From: a virus
Lineage: Duplodnaviria > Caudoviricetes
DNA: 62,459 nt
Direction: 5' to 3' (one strand)
IMG/VR virus record: IMGVR_UViG_3300042549_003483
Location: 1-62,459 of that record
Each line of letters begins with the position of its first letter. Position 1 is the stretch's first letter. A program made the translations under genes and the position numbers. The notes beneath the pieces are model-generated. The model saw only the letters and a list, made by a program, of their open reading frames with translations. It ran no database searches and had not been told where the DNA came from. Positions 49,360-57,285 of the stretch are shown here, piece by piece.

Positions 49360-49561
49360 CGCGCAACTCGCGCAGCATCCTGTTTACTGGCTTTTCTCCA
49401 TATCGGTGTACAAGATATTCATACTTGTGCCACGGCATGTTTGCCATGCGCCGTGCTTCTGCACGAAGATTACGAGTTGTTTGGTCGAGGCGAGGCTCTT
49501 GCGTGATAGTTGGTGGCACGAACGACGGATCGCAGAGTTGGCCTTTGAAGGATAGACTCAT
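49325..49561 (-). CDS. Hypothetical protein
   Basis: 78 aa in operon. Confidence 0.45.
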   Translation of the reverse strand: MSLSFKGQLCDPSFVPPTITQEPRLDQTTRNLRAEARRMANMPWHKYEYLVHRYGEKPVNRMLRELRDGPNRANAGSS

Positions 49562-49637
49562 TTGTGTAAACCTTTCTCAATTTTGTAAGCGTGGTAACAA
49601 ACCATGACGATGTAGGCGAATACAGCTAGGCTAATAA

Positions 49638-50573
49638 TCAAGGGGTGATTTCCCCATTCTCAAGCCAATGCTTGTACGTCTCGGGAAAATTCTTGATTGC
49701 CATCCGCATAAGGTCTTTGTGAAACAGGCGGTAAAGCATGTTCTTGATATTTGTCTCCTCCTCCTCAGAGATATCAGTGACGATACTCTTCATAAGAGGG
49801 CCGATATCACGAACAGTGCCAGTCAGTGTGCCGTCCTCACGAGCACGCTGGATTGCCTTACGCCAGCGAGCCTGACTGTTGTAAGCAGCACCGATCTGCT
49901 CTAGGGCAGAAGGATTGGACTGCTTCCAACCGTCAACGTGCTTCTCCTTGAACTCAGCGCTGACCAGCTTAGCGAAGGTGCCGAGGTAGTCCTTGCCGTT
50001 GAAGTGGCAGGGACGGCTATAGTTTTTGACGACCACACCTTCCATGGTCGCTTTGCCTAGTGCTGACTCCTTACCCATGAAGGAGTGAAGCCACTCACGC
50101 CCCTCAACTACATCAGGGGCAGGGCCTTGGTAAAGCACAGGCACAGGCTCGCAGCCTAGACGCTCAGCCCATTCTGTACGATCAGCCGCATGGCTTTCGG
50201 GAGTTGTGTAGACAGGGCGCTCAGTAAGGTAGGTAATCCCAAATAGCATGAAGTGTCCTTTGGGGACACGTGCGTAGTCCAGCGTATTGTGCTTGGGTGA
50301 TTGGAGATATTCGCCGTGAAAGATGGCGTTGCTTGGCAGCTTGTCTTCGATGCTCTTCACATACTCCTTGGCAGCGTTGAACATCTTATTGGAGTCACCG
50401 TGGAATACATTAGCGTTCTTGGAACGCATGTATACAATGCCATCCAGCTTGCCGAAGTTGAACTGGCTGCCGTCGATCTTCTCCGTTACTTCAACAACGG
50501 CATCTTTAAGCATTCCGTGAGTAGGATGATCACCCCACGAGAATAGCTTTTGAAAACCTTGGATCATTGCCAT
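49638..50573 (-). CDS. RNA ligase (Rnl2-like)
   Basis: EKIDGSQ (motif I), HGEY, FMLFG, EGVVVK, AKLVS..FKE; helical C-terminal domain. Confidence 0.85.
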   Translation of the reverse strand: MAMIQGFQKLFSWGDHPTHGMLKDAVVEVTEKIDGSQFNFGKLDGIVYMRSKNANVFHGDSNKMFNAAKEYVKSIEDKLPSNAIFHGEYLQSPKHNTLDYARVPKGHFMLFGITYLTERPVYTTPESHAADRTEWAERLGCEPVPVLYQGPAPDVVEGREWLHSFMGKESALGKATMEGVVVKNYSRPCHFNGKDYLGTFAKLVSAEFKEKHVDGWKQSNPSALEQIGAAYNSQARWRKAIQRAREDGTLTGTVRDIGPLMKSIVTDISEEEETNIKNMLYRLFHKDLMRMAIKNFPETYKHWLENGEITP

Positions 50574-50639
50574 AGTAAAACACCTAGAAAGGGAACAATG
50601 AACGCAATTAAAATAATCCCGACTGTGCTTGTTGCGTAA

Positions 50640-50768
50640 TCAGGATGTGTCGATCTTTTTGACTTTGGCACGGATATATTTCTTTCTATTCAGTTTCGCC
50701 TTGGGCGTAAAGAAACGTAACGCAGCAGCAATGCCGTTGCGCTTACGCTGTTTCTTACGCTGTTGCAT
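50640..50768 (-). CDS. Small very basic peptide, ArfA-like
   Basis: MQQRKKQRKRNGIAAALRFFTPKAKLNRKKYIRAKVKKIDTS; absent from the ORF track. Confidence 0.45.
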   Translation of the reverse strand: MQQRKKQRKRNGIAAALRFFTPKAKLNRKKYIRAKVKKIDTS

Positions 50769-51102
50769 GACGGCCTTTCGCAAGCACAGCTTGGCGAAAG
50801 TTTAGAAATGCCTTTTGCTGTGGCGTGACAGCGTAAGGATGAAAGCAGTCATCTGGCAGAAACCACGTCCGCGCACGTCTACCATCTGGGAGATAGCCTC
50901 CTACGTCTTGTTCATCCTCTTCAAAATTTGTAACGCACCAACTACTCTTGTAAAACCCCGTACAGATTACTTGGTCCAAAACGGAATTATAAGAGTAGTT
51001 ATCGTACGCGGAAAAACAAGTTGGAAAACTTGAGATACCAACAAATGCACACTGAGCACGAGTTGCTACAATAGTAACACGATCACCTTGATTGTAGTGC
51101 AT
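50755..51102 (-). CDS. Hypothetical protein, paralog of 51083-51436
   Basis: YNQGDRVTIVAT..WFLPDDC..TPQQKA..F. Confidence 0.6.
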   Translation of the reverse strand: MHYNQGDRVTIVATRAQCAFVGISSFPTCFSAYDNYSYNSVLDQVICTGFYKSSWCVTNFEEDEQDVGGYLPDGRRARTWFLPDDCFHPYAVTPQQKAFLNFRQAVLAKGRHATA

Positions 51103-51436
51103 GGCACTTCTCCTTGAACAAATACAATGCGCGTCGTTGTGGAGTGCTAACGCGAGGCACCACACAGTGCTCTGGAAACCACCAGACACCAGCGCCCCGC
51201 GTAGGTACTAAGTGAATACGGTCAGGGTTGCGAATTTGCACAAGTGTAATTGGACGACCTTTAAGGACGCGCCAGTTGGGCCTTAGTTCACCAGTTGCCA
51301 CGGCGTGGAATGCGACAGTATCGCTTATATGGCTGAAATTAGGAAACGACTCAACGTGGTAAAAATCCAGACGAACCATATGGAGGTCATCACTAGTTGC
51401 AACAACCTCAACTTCATCACCACGATTAAACGGCAT
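51083..51436 (-). CDS. Hypothetical protein, paralog of 50755-51102
   Basis: FNRGDEVEVVAT..WWFPEHC..TPQRRA..F. Confidence 0.6.
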   Translation of the reverse strand: MPFNRGDEVEVVATSDDLHMVRLDFYHVESFPNFSHISDTVAFHAVATGELRPNWRVLKGRPITLVQIRNPDRIHLVPTRGAGVWWFPEHCVVPRVSTPQRRALYLFKEKCHALQSR

Positions 51437-51488
51437 GACAACCTCCAACAGAGATAGCCCCACCCTATCGCTAGGGCAGGGCTATTAC

Positions 51489-51666
51489 TCAGCGAATACG
51501 CGACAACTTAACTAGGGCAGCAGCACCCAGCACTGTGAAGATCAGACCAGCGATAACGATAGGTGCCCACCAGATAATCCATACCAGCGCGGGCACAGTG
51601 AATAGACCAGCCGCTTCCATCAGCAGCACGGCCATGGCGAGTAGTACCCACCCAAAGAACGGCATG
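51489..51666 (-). CDS. Small membrane protein
   Basis: Two TM segments from MPFFGW; start approximate. Confidence 0.55.
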
Positions 51667-51939
51667 TTACGCAGCCTTCTTCTGCTTGGGAAACAGGATA
51701 CCGGCGTTGGTCGTGCCGAAGTCCTCAGCACACACCACACCGTTACGGAAGTGGCTCATCACCCGCGAATAAGTGAAGGGATCACTCTTGTCACGAGACT
51801 GCGCAAAGCTGGCGCAAACATGGGCCACTTTCTCCGCACGGTCAGGCAGTAGCCGCCCGAAGGCGGCTAGTTCTGCCCGATGCTCACGAAGAGCAGCTTC
51901 GGGACGGTCGAACGAGAAGTGGTTGTTCTTGTCAGCCAT
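51667..51939 (-). CDS. Hypothetical protein
   Basis: 90 aa in operon. Confidence 0.55.
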   Translation of the reverse strand: MADKNNHFSFDRPEAALREHRAELAAFGRLLPDRAEKVAHVCASFAQSRDKSDPFTYSRVMSHFRNGVVCAEDFGTTNAGILFPKQKKAA

Positions 51940-52294
51940 TGGTCAGGCCCTCGCCTTCGGTTAGGGTTTCAATGATATTCAGTTCACGAACAGCAAACAC
52001 TTCTCGTGAACCCATGGGGAGCGGTTCACTACTTAGCAGACTGGTTCCATCGTTGAACACGATGAGCCAGCGTCGGACAGTAATTGTACGCTTTACTGGC
52101 ACGTTGACTAGATCGAAAGGATGTATCGACGAACTGCGCGAGTTGCCCTCTGCGTAATAAGGATGCGCTGCTTCAGAGCCATCGAACATAGTTACGAGAG
52201 CGATAATAGGGAAAGAACTCTTTGCGTCTGTACAAAGGATTCGGGCGGGACGACCATCTCGCGTCTGGACCGGCTTCTTAGGATCGAAAGCCAT
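51932..52294 (-). CDS. Phage hypothetical protein
   Basis: KPVQTRDGRPARILCTD..PIIAL..DL. Confidence 0.65.
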   Translation of the reverse strand: MAFDPKKPVQTRDGRPARILCTDAKSSFPIIALVTMFDGSEAAHPYYAEGNSRSSSIHPFDLVNVPVKRTITVRRWLIVFNDGTSLLSSEPLPMGSREVFAVRELNIIETLTEGEGLTNG

Positions 52295-52308
52295 TGCATA
52301 CACTCCTG

Positions 52309-52509
52309 TTAGTTGATCTTGGCGTTGACGATGCGGGCACCCACAGTGCGGGCAGCGGCTTCCTCAGCACGGAGAACAGCCGTCAGCTTGTCAGCCTTGC
52401 CACCCTTGTTGACATGGGTGACGGGGAACTGAGCACCGTCAGGATAAACGCGGGTGTAAGTCAGCGTAGCAGTGTTGGTCTTGGCTGCCGACTTTACTTC
52501 CTTAGCCAT
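52309..52509 (-). CDS. Hypothetical protein
   Basis: 66 aa, biased codons. Confidence 0.55.
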   Translation of the reverse strand: MAKEVKSAAKTNTATLTYTRVYPDGAQFPVTHVNKGGKADKLTAVLRAEEAAARTVGARIVNAKIN

Positions 52510-53018
52510 GAAAGAACCTCATCAAGTGGAATAGGGCTGTACTTAGTGTGCTCTACGCACACGTTGATGTAGCGTGTGTCAGGTACAAGCACGTCTGAGA
52601 ACGGATCGTCGTACTTGGCAACACGCACGATTTCATCATGCAAATGTCCGTGGACATTCGCTTTGAACCGACCTAGTTGAAACGGGTGGATGGGAACATG
52701 CGTCAGCACACAGTCCGCAAGGACATGCATTGCACGCACATCACGAAAATACTCAGCATAGGCACTGAGAGAAGCAACATCATGGTTGCCCTTGATTAGT
52801 ACCTTGTTGCCATTACATTGACCAATTAAGTGCAACCATTTGGAGTTTATTGTTACGTCCCCAAGATGGTACACTTTGTCCTCAGGACGAACGACTGTAT
52901 TCCAGTTGGCGATCAACTGGTCGTTCATTTCTGTGATGGACCGGAATGGTCGGTTGCAGTATTCGATGATATTACCGTGTCCGAAATGCGTATCGGACGT
53001 TAAGAATACGTCGGGCAT
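52494..53018 (-). CDS. Calcineurin-like phosphoesterase
   Basis: SDTHFGH, HLGD, GNHD, THVP, HGHLH. Confidence 0.9.
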   Translation of the reverse strand: MPDVFLTSDTHFGHGNIIEYCNRPFRSITEMNDQLIANWNTVVRPEDKVYHLGDVTINSKWLHLIGQCNGNKVLIKGNHDVASLSAYAEYFRDVRAMHVLADCVLTHVPIHPFQLGRFKANVHGHLHDEIVRVAKYDDPFSDVLVPDTRYINVCVEHTKYSPIPLDEVLSWLRK

Positions 53019-53028
53019 CGAACCTCTC

Positions 53029-53073
53029 TTGATTATGGGTATATTATCCCATAAATCAGGGCCTATGTCAAGT
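53029..53073 (-). promoter_or_regulatory. Early promoter with inverted repeat around -10 (copy 1)
   Basis: TTGACA-N17-GATAAT inside TTATGGG..CCCATAA. Confidence 0.85.
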
Positions 53074-53541
53074 CGGGACAGGCCAAACCATGCCTTCGTG
53101 AGGCACGAACTCGTCTTTCATGCGGGCGATAGTGGCCAGCGGCACACCATGAGTGTTGCGCTTGGCACACTCCTCAACATCCCACGCCCAAGGCGTCTCA
53201 GGCACGACATACTGCACAGACCAGTTGTTACGAGTTGCCAACTGCACGTAAGGCAGCATATGAACAAGGCGGATGTTGGTGTTGTCCACGATCACGAATG
53301 GAAGGAAATGCTCCTCAACAGTCTTGCGCACCTGTTCCTGATTCCACGCATGAGCATGGCCCAGCAAAGACGGGTTGAAATCATAATAACCGTCAGGGCG
53401 AAGCCAGTAATTGTCGGTGCTGTAAATGGCCTCGTTGTCAAGGAGCCACATGTCGTCGGTATAAAGCTTGTCGAACAGGGCTTGGGCAGCAGTGGACTTA
53501 CCAGAACCCGGCAGTCCGCGCATGATGTACATTGTGGGCAC
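53068..53541 (-). CDS. P-loop polynucleotide kinase-like protein (AAA_33/N4BP2-type)
   Basis: MRGLPGSGKST, STD, IVDNTN, RNTHGVP; RBS aaggagg with GTG start. Confidence 0.85.
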   Translation of the reverse strand: MPTMYIMRGLPGSGKSTAAQALFDKLYTDDMWLLDNEAIYSTDNYWLRPDGYYDFNPSLLGHAHAWNQEQVRKTVEEHFLPFVIVDNTNIRLVHMLPYVQLATRNNWSVQYVVPETPWAWDVEECAKRNTHGVPLATIARMKDEFVPHEGMVWPVPT

Positions 53542-53569
53542 AGTTGCCTCCTTGTTAGCGTGATAGTTC

Positions 53570-53752
53570 TTACTCAGGCTTCCAATCTGCATGATCCCTG
53601 ATCACGCAGCTAAGAGCACTGTTCATTTTCTGCACAGCCGTAAACATATCACGGACAGTGAAGAGCATGTTATTTCCTAGGTATTGGCGCATGTGGGGGA
53701 CGTTATGCACATCCATCACCAACTCATGCCAGAACATTTGCATTTGTTGCAT
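53570..53752 (-). CDS. Hypothetical protein
   Basis: RBS gaggag; 60 aa. Confidence 0.5.
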   Translation of the reverse strand: MQQMQMFWHELVMDVHNVPHMRQYLGNNMLFTVRDMFTAVQKMNSALSCVIRDHADWKPE

Positions 53753-53783
53753 TGTTCACACTCCTCGCTGTTGTTGAACGCAT

Positions 53784-53816
53784 AAAAAATCCCCACCAAT
53801 GTTGATGGGGATTTCT
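53784..53816 (-). terminator. Intrinsic terminator
   Basis: AAATCCCCA stem with T run on the - strand. Confidence 0.7.
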
Positions 53817-53826
53817 AATGCACACG

Positions 53827-54015
53827 CTATGAAGCGTGTTTGTTAACTGCTTTGATCTGTGCTTGGCTAACCACCAGATCACGTCGAAATGGTGGTGCTG
53901 GCCAAACGGTTCCAAAGCCAGCGCATTGCGGACATGCCACATAGGCTGGCTTGGTAGTGGTGCGGAAACCTGCGAACAGGCATCCGCTACCACCACAATG
54001 AAGGCAGGTTCTCAA
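53827..54015 (-). CDS. Small DnaJ-type Zn-finger protein
   Basis: CLHCGGSG and CPQCAGFG. Confidence 0.55.
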   Translation of the reverse strand: MRTCLHCGGSGCLFAGFRTTTKPAYVACPQCAGFGTVWPAPPFRRDLVVSQAQIKAVNKHAS

Positions 54016-54369
54016 TCAATCTTCCACTCGAATCCCGCCCTCAATCTTCTTGTCGAGGTAGTCGAGATAGTCCCGCTCGCTGATCCATGCCATGTAGGCA
54101 GAGTTGCGAGTTTCCACGAGAACAAGCAGTTCTCCGCGATCACTCACATCTGCGCCCATTTCCAGCATGGAAACGATGTAGGACGAGCGAAAGTAGGGCG
54201 AGTCCCCTAGCGAACCCATCAGGAAAGCATACCCACGGCCGTAATAAATACGACCGTTACGCACCAGCCCACGGAAGGGCTTGCCGATTCCGACCGCACT
54301 GGCACGGGCTGCATTGTGCAGCATGGCGCGAGTGGTGGGCGAAACAGGGTCACGAGCAATGGTAGGCAT
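54016..54369 (-). CDS. Early hypothetical protein
   Basis: RBS ggagtgtgt; GRIYYG..RSSYIV..VETRNSAY. Confidence 0.6.
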   Translation of the reverse strand: MPTIARDPVSPTTRAMLHNAARASAVGIGKPFRGLVRNGRIYYGRGYAFLMGSLGDSPYFRSSYIVSMLEMGADVSDRGELLVLVETRNSAYMAWISERDYLDYLDKKIEGGIRVED

Positions 54370-54735
54370 TTACACACACTCCGTTGGTTTGTTGTTTAGA
54401 AGTCGCCACGCATTTCGATGCGGGCGTTTTCTTCACGCACGATGGGCTCCCAGTCCACACTGTAAACACACAAAGCCAGCACACAGATGGAACCACGATC
54501 CGCTGTGGTCAGCGTGCCCTCACACAGCTTGCGCCACGCACGGGCATAGGCTTCCGCTTTGCTCATCACATGTCCTCCCCTTCCGCACCGAGCCAGAAGC
54601 AGAACGAGCGGAACTGCTCCTCTGGCATAGCGGCTTGATAATCGGTGAAAAACTCTGCGTCAGTGTGGACAGCCAATCCCGGATGGGTCAGCCGTCATAC
54701 CAAATACCACGCATCACACACTCCTCTTCTGGTTG

Positions 54736-55083
54736 TCAGTTGTCGTAAACTGCGTTGAGCGCCCAAGTATGCCCGGCCCCATACCAAGCCAGACGAGCAA
54801 CGCGCATTTGTATGTGCGCGATGCGTAGCGTCCTTTGTTTGATACGGCTAGGTATATTGGGCACCATACCCGCGCGCATACCGCCAACAGCAAGGGACGA
54901 TGCCTCGTCTGCTACGGCAGCTATGCTAACGTCCGCACCGTTGCACCATCTTTCAACCTGTTGCAATAATTGCCCGGCCTTGCGTATTCCGCCTGAGAAA
55001 TCGTCACCAAAGTCGATTATCTCAGCCCGCACACGGGGAATTAGTGCAAGTATGGCGTGGGCGGGTTGAGTAGCCTCGTCCAC
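54736..55083 (-). CDS. Early hypothetical protein
   Basis: RBS gaggag; directly behind promoter copy 2. Confidence 0.55.
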   Translation of the reverse strand: MDEATQPAHAILALIPRVRAEIIDFGDDFSGGIRKAGQLLQQVERWCNGADVSIAAVADEASSLAVGGMRAGMVPNIPSRIKQRTLRIAHIQMRVARLAWYGAGHTWALNAVYDN

Positions 55084-55098
55084 AGCGCACTCCTCTTC

Positions 55099-55142
55099 TG
55101 ATTGTGGGTATATTATCCCACAATTCTGGGGTTATGTCAAGT
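55099..55142 (-). promoter_or_regulatory. Early promoter with inverted repeat (copy 2)
   Basis: TTGACA-N17-GATAAT inside ATTGTGGG..CCCACAAT. Confidence 0.85.
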
Positions 55143-55204
55143 GGGCACAAATAATCCCTGAGTATTTCATCAGGGATTACTTACGACCACTTATGGCAGA
55201 GAGA

Positions 55205-55348
55205 TTACATCTCTGCCAACTGACACGCCTCATGGTAAGAGGCGAGGCTATAGCCCCGCTCCCACTCAGCACGGGCATCGGTGCCAACATCGAATGGATT
55301 GACTTTGCTGCTATAGAAAGCAGCATAGCCCATGTCGAATGGAGACAT
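55205..55348 (-). CDS. RMF-like small protein (47 aa)
   Basis: PFDMGYAAF..NPF.....AEWERGY; coupled to the upstream gene; absent from the ORF track. Confidence 0.5.
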   Translation of the reverse strand: MSPFDMGYAAFYSSKVNPFDVGTDARAEWERGYSLASYHEACQLAEM

Positions 55349-55611
55349 TAAAAGTCCTCCGGGTCGGGGGTTTCGTTAAGATCGCGGAACTCGTGCCACA
55401 GATCATACGGCACGTAGAGAACTGCCGTAGTCTCATCGGTGGTGACAACAGCAACCAGAACGTCGCTGTCGGCATTGAAGTCGGTGGCCAGCACCTTGAT
55501 CGTGCCGGGAATGATAAGAAGGGGTTCGACCACCGCAACCCCCTCATACGTCGTCAGAACGACGCCACGCTGCTTGTTAGCAGCAAGGCGATAAACGGCA
55601 GGTGAGTACAT
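55348..55611 (-). CDS. Early hypothetical protein
   Basis: RBS ggagtgtgt; 87 aa. Confidence 0.6.
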   Translation of the reverse strand: MYSPAVYRLAANKQRGVVLTTYEGVAVVEPLLIIPGTIKVLATDFNADSDVLVAVVTTDETTAVLYVPYDLWHEFRDLNETPDPEDF

Positions 55612-55650
55612 GACACACTCCGTTGTTGGTGGTGGTTGCTCATGTCTTCC

Positions 55651-55695
55651 TTGATTATGGGTATATTATCCCATAACCTAAGGGCTATGTCAAGT
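55651..55695 (-). promoter_or_regulatory. Early promoter with inverted repeat (copy 3)
   Basis: TTGACA-N17-GATAAT inside TTATGGG..CCCATAA. Confidence 0.85.
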
Positions 55696-55741
55696 GGCAC
55701 ATAGGGTATGTTACCCCGGAGTAATAAAGGAAGGTTATATC

Positions 55742-55774
55742 TATATGGGTATGCAAATGACGTTTGTCAAGGGG
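55742..55774 (-). promoter_or_regulatory. Promoter in tandem with copy 3
   Basis: ccccTTGACA-N17-CATATA with an A/T-rich upstream element. Confidence 0.75.
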
Positions 55775-55972
55775 TAAAGAAAAATATATTTTCATGGTTA
55801 CGTAAAAACCATAACCACAGACATAGCGTTACGCACATAATTTTGACATACGACAACATCTCTACTTCGCACAAACATAGCTTTATCCTGACCTACGCAG
55901 GCAGCGAACTTGCCAGCGAAATGATAGTAGACAACTTATGATAGTTCGGCCCTGCCGCCAAAATTCGGGCAC

Positions 55973-56004
55973 AAAAAAACCCCCGACCTTTCGGCCGGGG
56001 GCTT
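55973..56004 (-). terminator. Intrinsic terminator after the first early gene
   Basis: CCCCCGG..gaaa..TCGGGGG plus T7 on the - strand. Confidence 0.85.
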
Positions 56005-56021
56005 CGATGTGGGGTTGTGGA

Positions 56022-56942
56022 TCAGGCGGCGGCGCTCAACTTGGGCGCGTTCTCCTTGTCAACCGGCTTAATGGAGAACGTCCCATCATCCATGACATGC
56101 GCGTCAAGGGTGACGTAAAGGTCCGCCATGGCGTTGCGGAGGTTTTCGGTCTTGGCGATAACCGCGCGAACCTTGCTGGACTTAACCGCATTGACCATCG
56201 CACCGATCAGGGCGAGAAGGTTAGTCGGGTCCTTCAGATCGGACGCAATCTCAGCAAGGGTTTCGGCAGGGGTGGCGGTCTTACCTTGTCCCGCACCAAC
56301 ACCATTCTTGCGCTTTTCGGCTGTCAACTTGCCCGCACCATTCGACCCCTTGTTCTGGATCAGGATGGCGTATGCCAGATCAATTTCCGCGCGGCTACCC
56401 GGCTCGTCGATGGACGGGCGGGTTTCGGTAACGGTCTTCTTCTTGACCGTCTTTTCGATATTGGGGGCGTAGATCGACTTATTCAGCATGAGGAGCCGCA
56501 CCCATCCCTTGCCGGCCGGGCACGCAACAGACTTACTAACCTGTTGCTTGCTGTTTTCGACGCGCCACCATCCGACGTAAACACCAGTCCGGGCACCCTG
56601 CGACACAAGAGCGGCCGCTTTCCGCGCCGTCACCAAGTGGCTGTCAAGCGTCTTATACGACGACGTGGCGTTTTCCTTTCCGCCCATCGCGTCGTGAACA
56701 AACGCAGTGGCATCCTTTTCGGCCGGCCACTGTCCGTTCTGGCAGAAGTACAGCGCATAGAAGTCCGCGACGGACACGATCAGGTTAGAGAGATTGCTTT
56801 CTTCGATCTTGACCACTGCGGTTGCGATGGCGGAAGCCGCTACCGCGACGTTCTTACGCACAGCGTCAAGGTTATCGACGGTAGGGGTGTAGCCAAAAGC
56901 CGAAACCTTGGTGACATCATGCTTCTTTGCGGTGACAGACAT
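56022..56942 (-). CDS. First early gene, Lys/Ala-rich protein of unknown function
   Basis: Own promoter, RBS ggagtgt and terminator; 306 aa. Confidence 0.8.
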   Translation of the reverse strand: MSVTAKKHDVTKVSAFGYTPTVDNLDAVRKNVAVAASAIATAVVKIEESNLSNLIVSVADFYALYFCQNGQWPAEKDATAFVHDAMGGKENATSSYKTLDSHLVTARKAAALVSQGARTGVYVGWWRVENSKQQVSKSVACPAGKGWVRLLMLNKSIYAPNIEKTVKKKTVTETRPSIDEPGSRAEIDLAYAILIQNKGSNGAGKLTAEKRKNGVGAGQGKTATPAETLAEIASDLKDPTNLLALIGAMVNAVKSSKVRAVIAKTENLRNAMADLYVTLDAHVMDDGTFSIKPVDKENAPKLSAAA

Positions 56943-57013
56943 TTGACACTCCGTAGGTTTGCCCACCTTTAGGGCGGTTTCGTTGGGGCGGAATTGCCTT
57001 CCAACTGTTGATA

Positions 57014-57042
57014 AGTGTAGTCCCTTTTAACCCCTATGTCAA
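57014..57042 (-). promoter_or_regulatory. Sigma70 promoter of the first early gene
   Basis: TTGACA-N17-TACACT. Confidence 0.8.
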
Positions 57043-57228
57043 ATCATTGGCTATGCGTTTTCGGAAGGGTTGACCCCACAGTTTTGCATTTACCGGTAGA
57101 TGCATAAATGAGAGGTCCCGAAAGGGTAGCTATGCATTTTTGTGGTATCTCCCACGGTTGCATCCCTCACCACAAAGGGTTGCATCTTTCGTGTATGTAT
57201 AAGGTGTGGTCCTATACAAGTAGTCGTG

Positions 57229-57285
57229 AGACTAGCCTAAGACAGTTTGGAGTATCGTATAGATTCCTAAAGACTAGCCTAAGAC
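57229..57285. repeat. 15-bp direct repeat AGACTAGCCTAAGAC, two copies
   Basis: 57229-57243 and 57271-57285. Confidence 0.85.

Noticed and set aside
55150-55182. Hammerhead ribozyme suggested by CTGATGA on the - strand
   Set aside because: It sits in a simple hairpin (TAATCCCTGA/TCAGGGATTA) without the three-stem arrangement or a properly placed GAAA.
53029-55695. Repeated ~45-bp palindromic elements as a CRISPR or mini-array
   Set aside because: Copies are 0.5-2 kb apart, separated by genes, and each is a -35/-10 promoter; no cas operon (the Cas4-like gene is the replication exonuclease).
52296-56955. Recurrent CACACTCC motif before early genes as a novel repeat
   Set aside because: It is the reverse complement of GGAGTGTG, the Shine-Dalgarno region of each gene.
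55938-56972. Long antisense ORFs (for example 55938-56972 +, 52840-53601 +, 15268-15999 -, 45127-45828 +)
   Set aside because: Shadow frames opposite well-supported genes with biased codons; no RBS, promoter or motif support.
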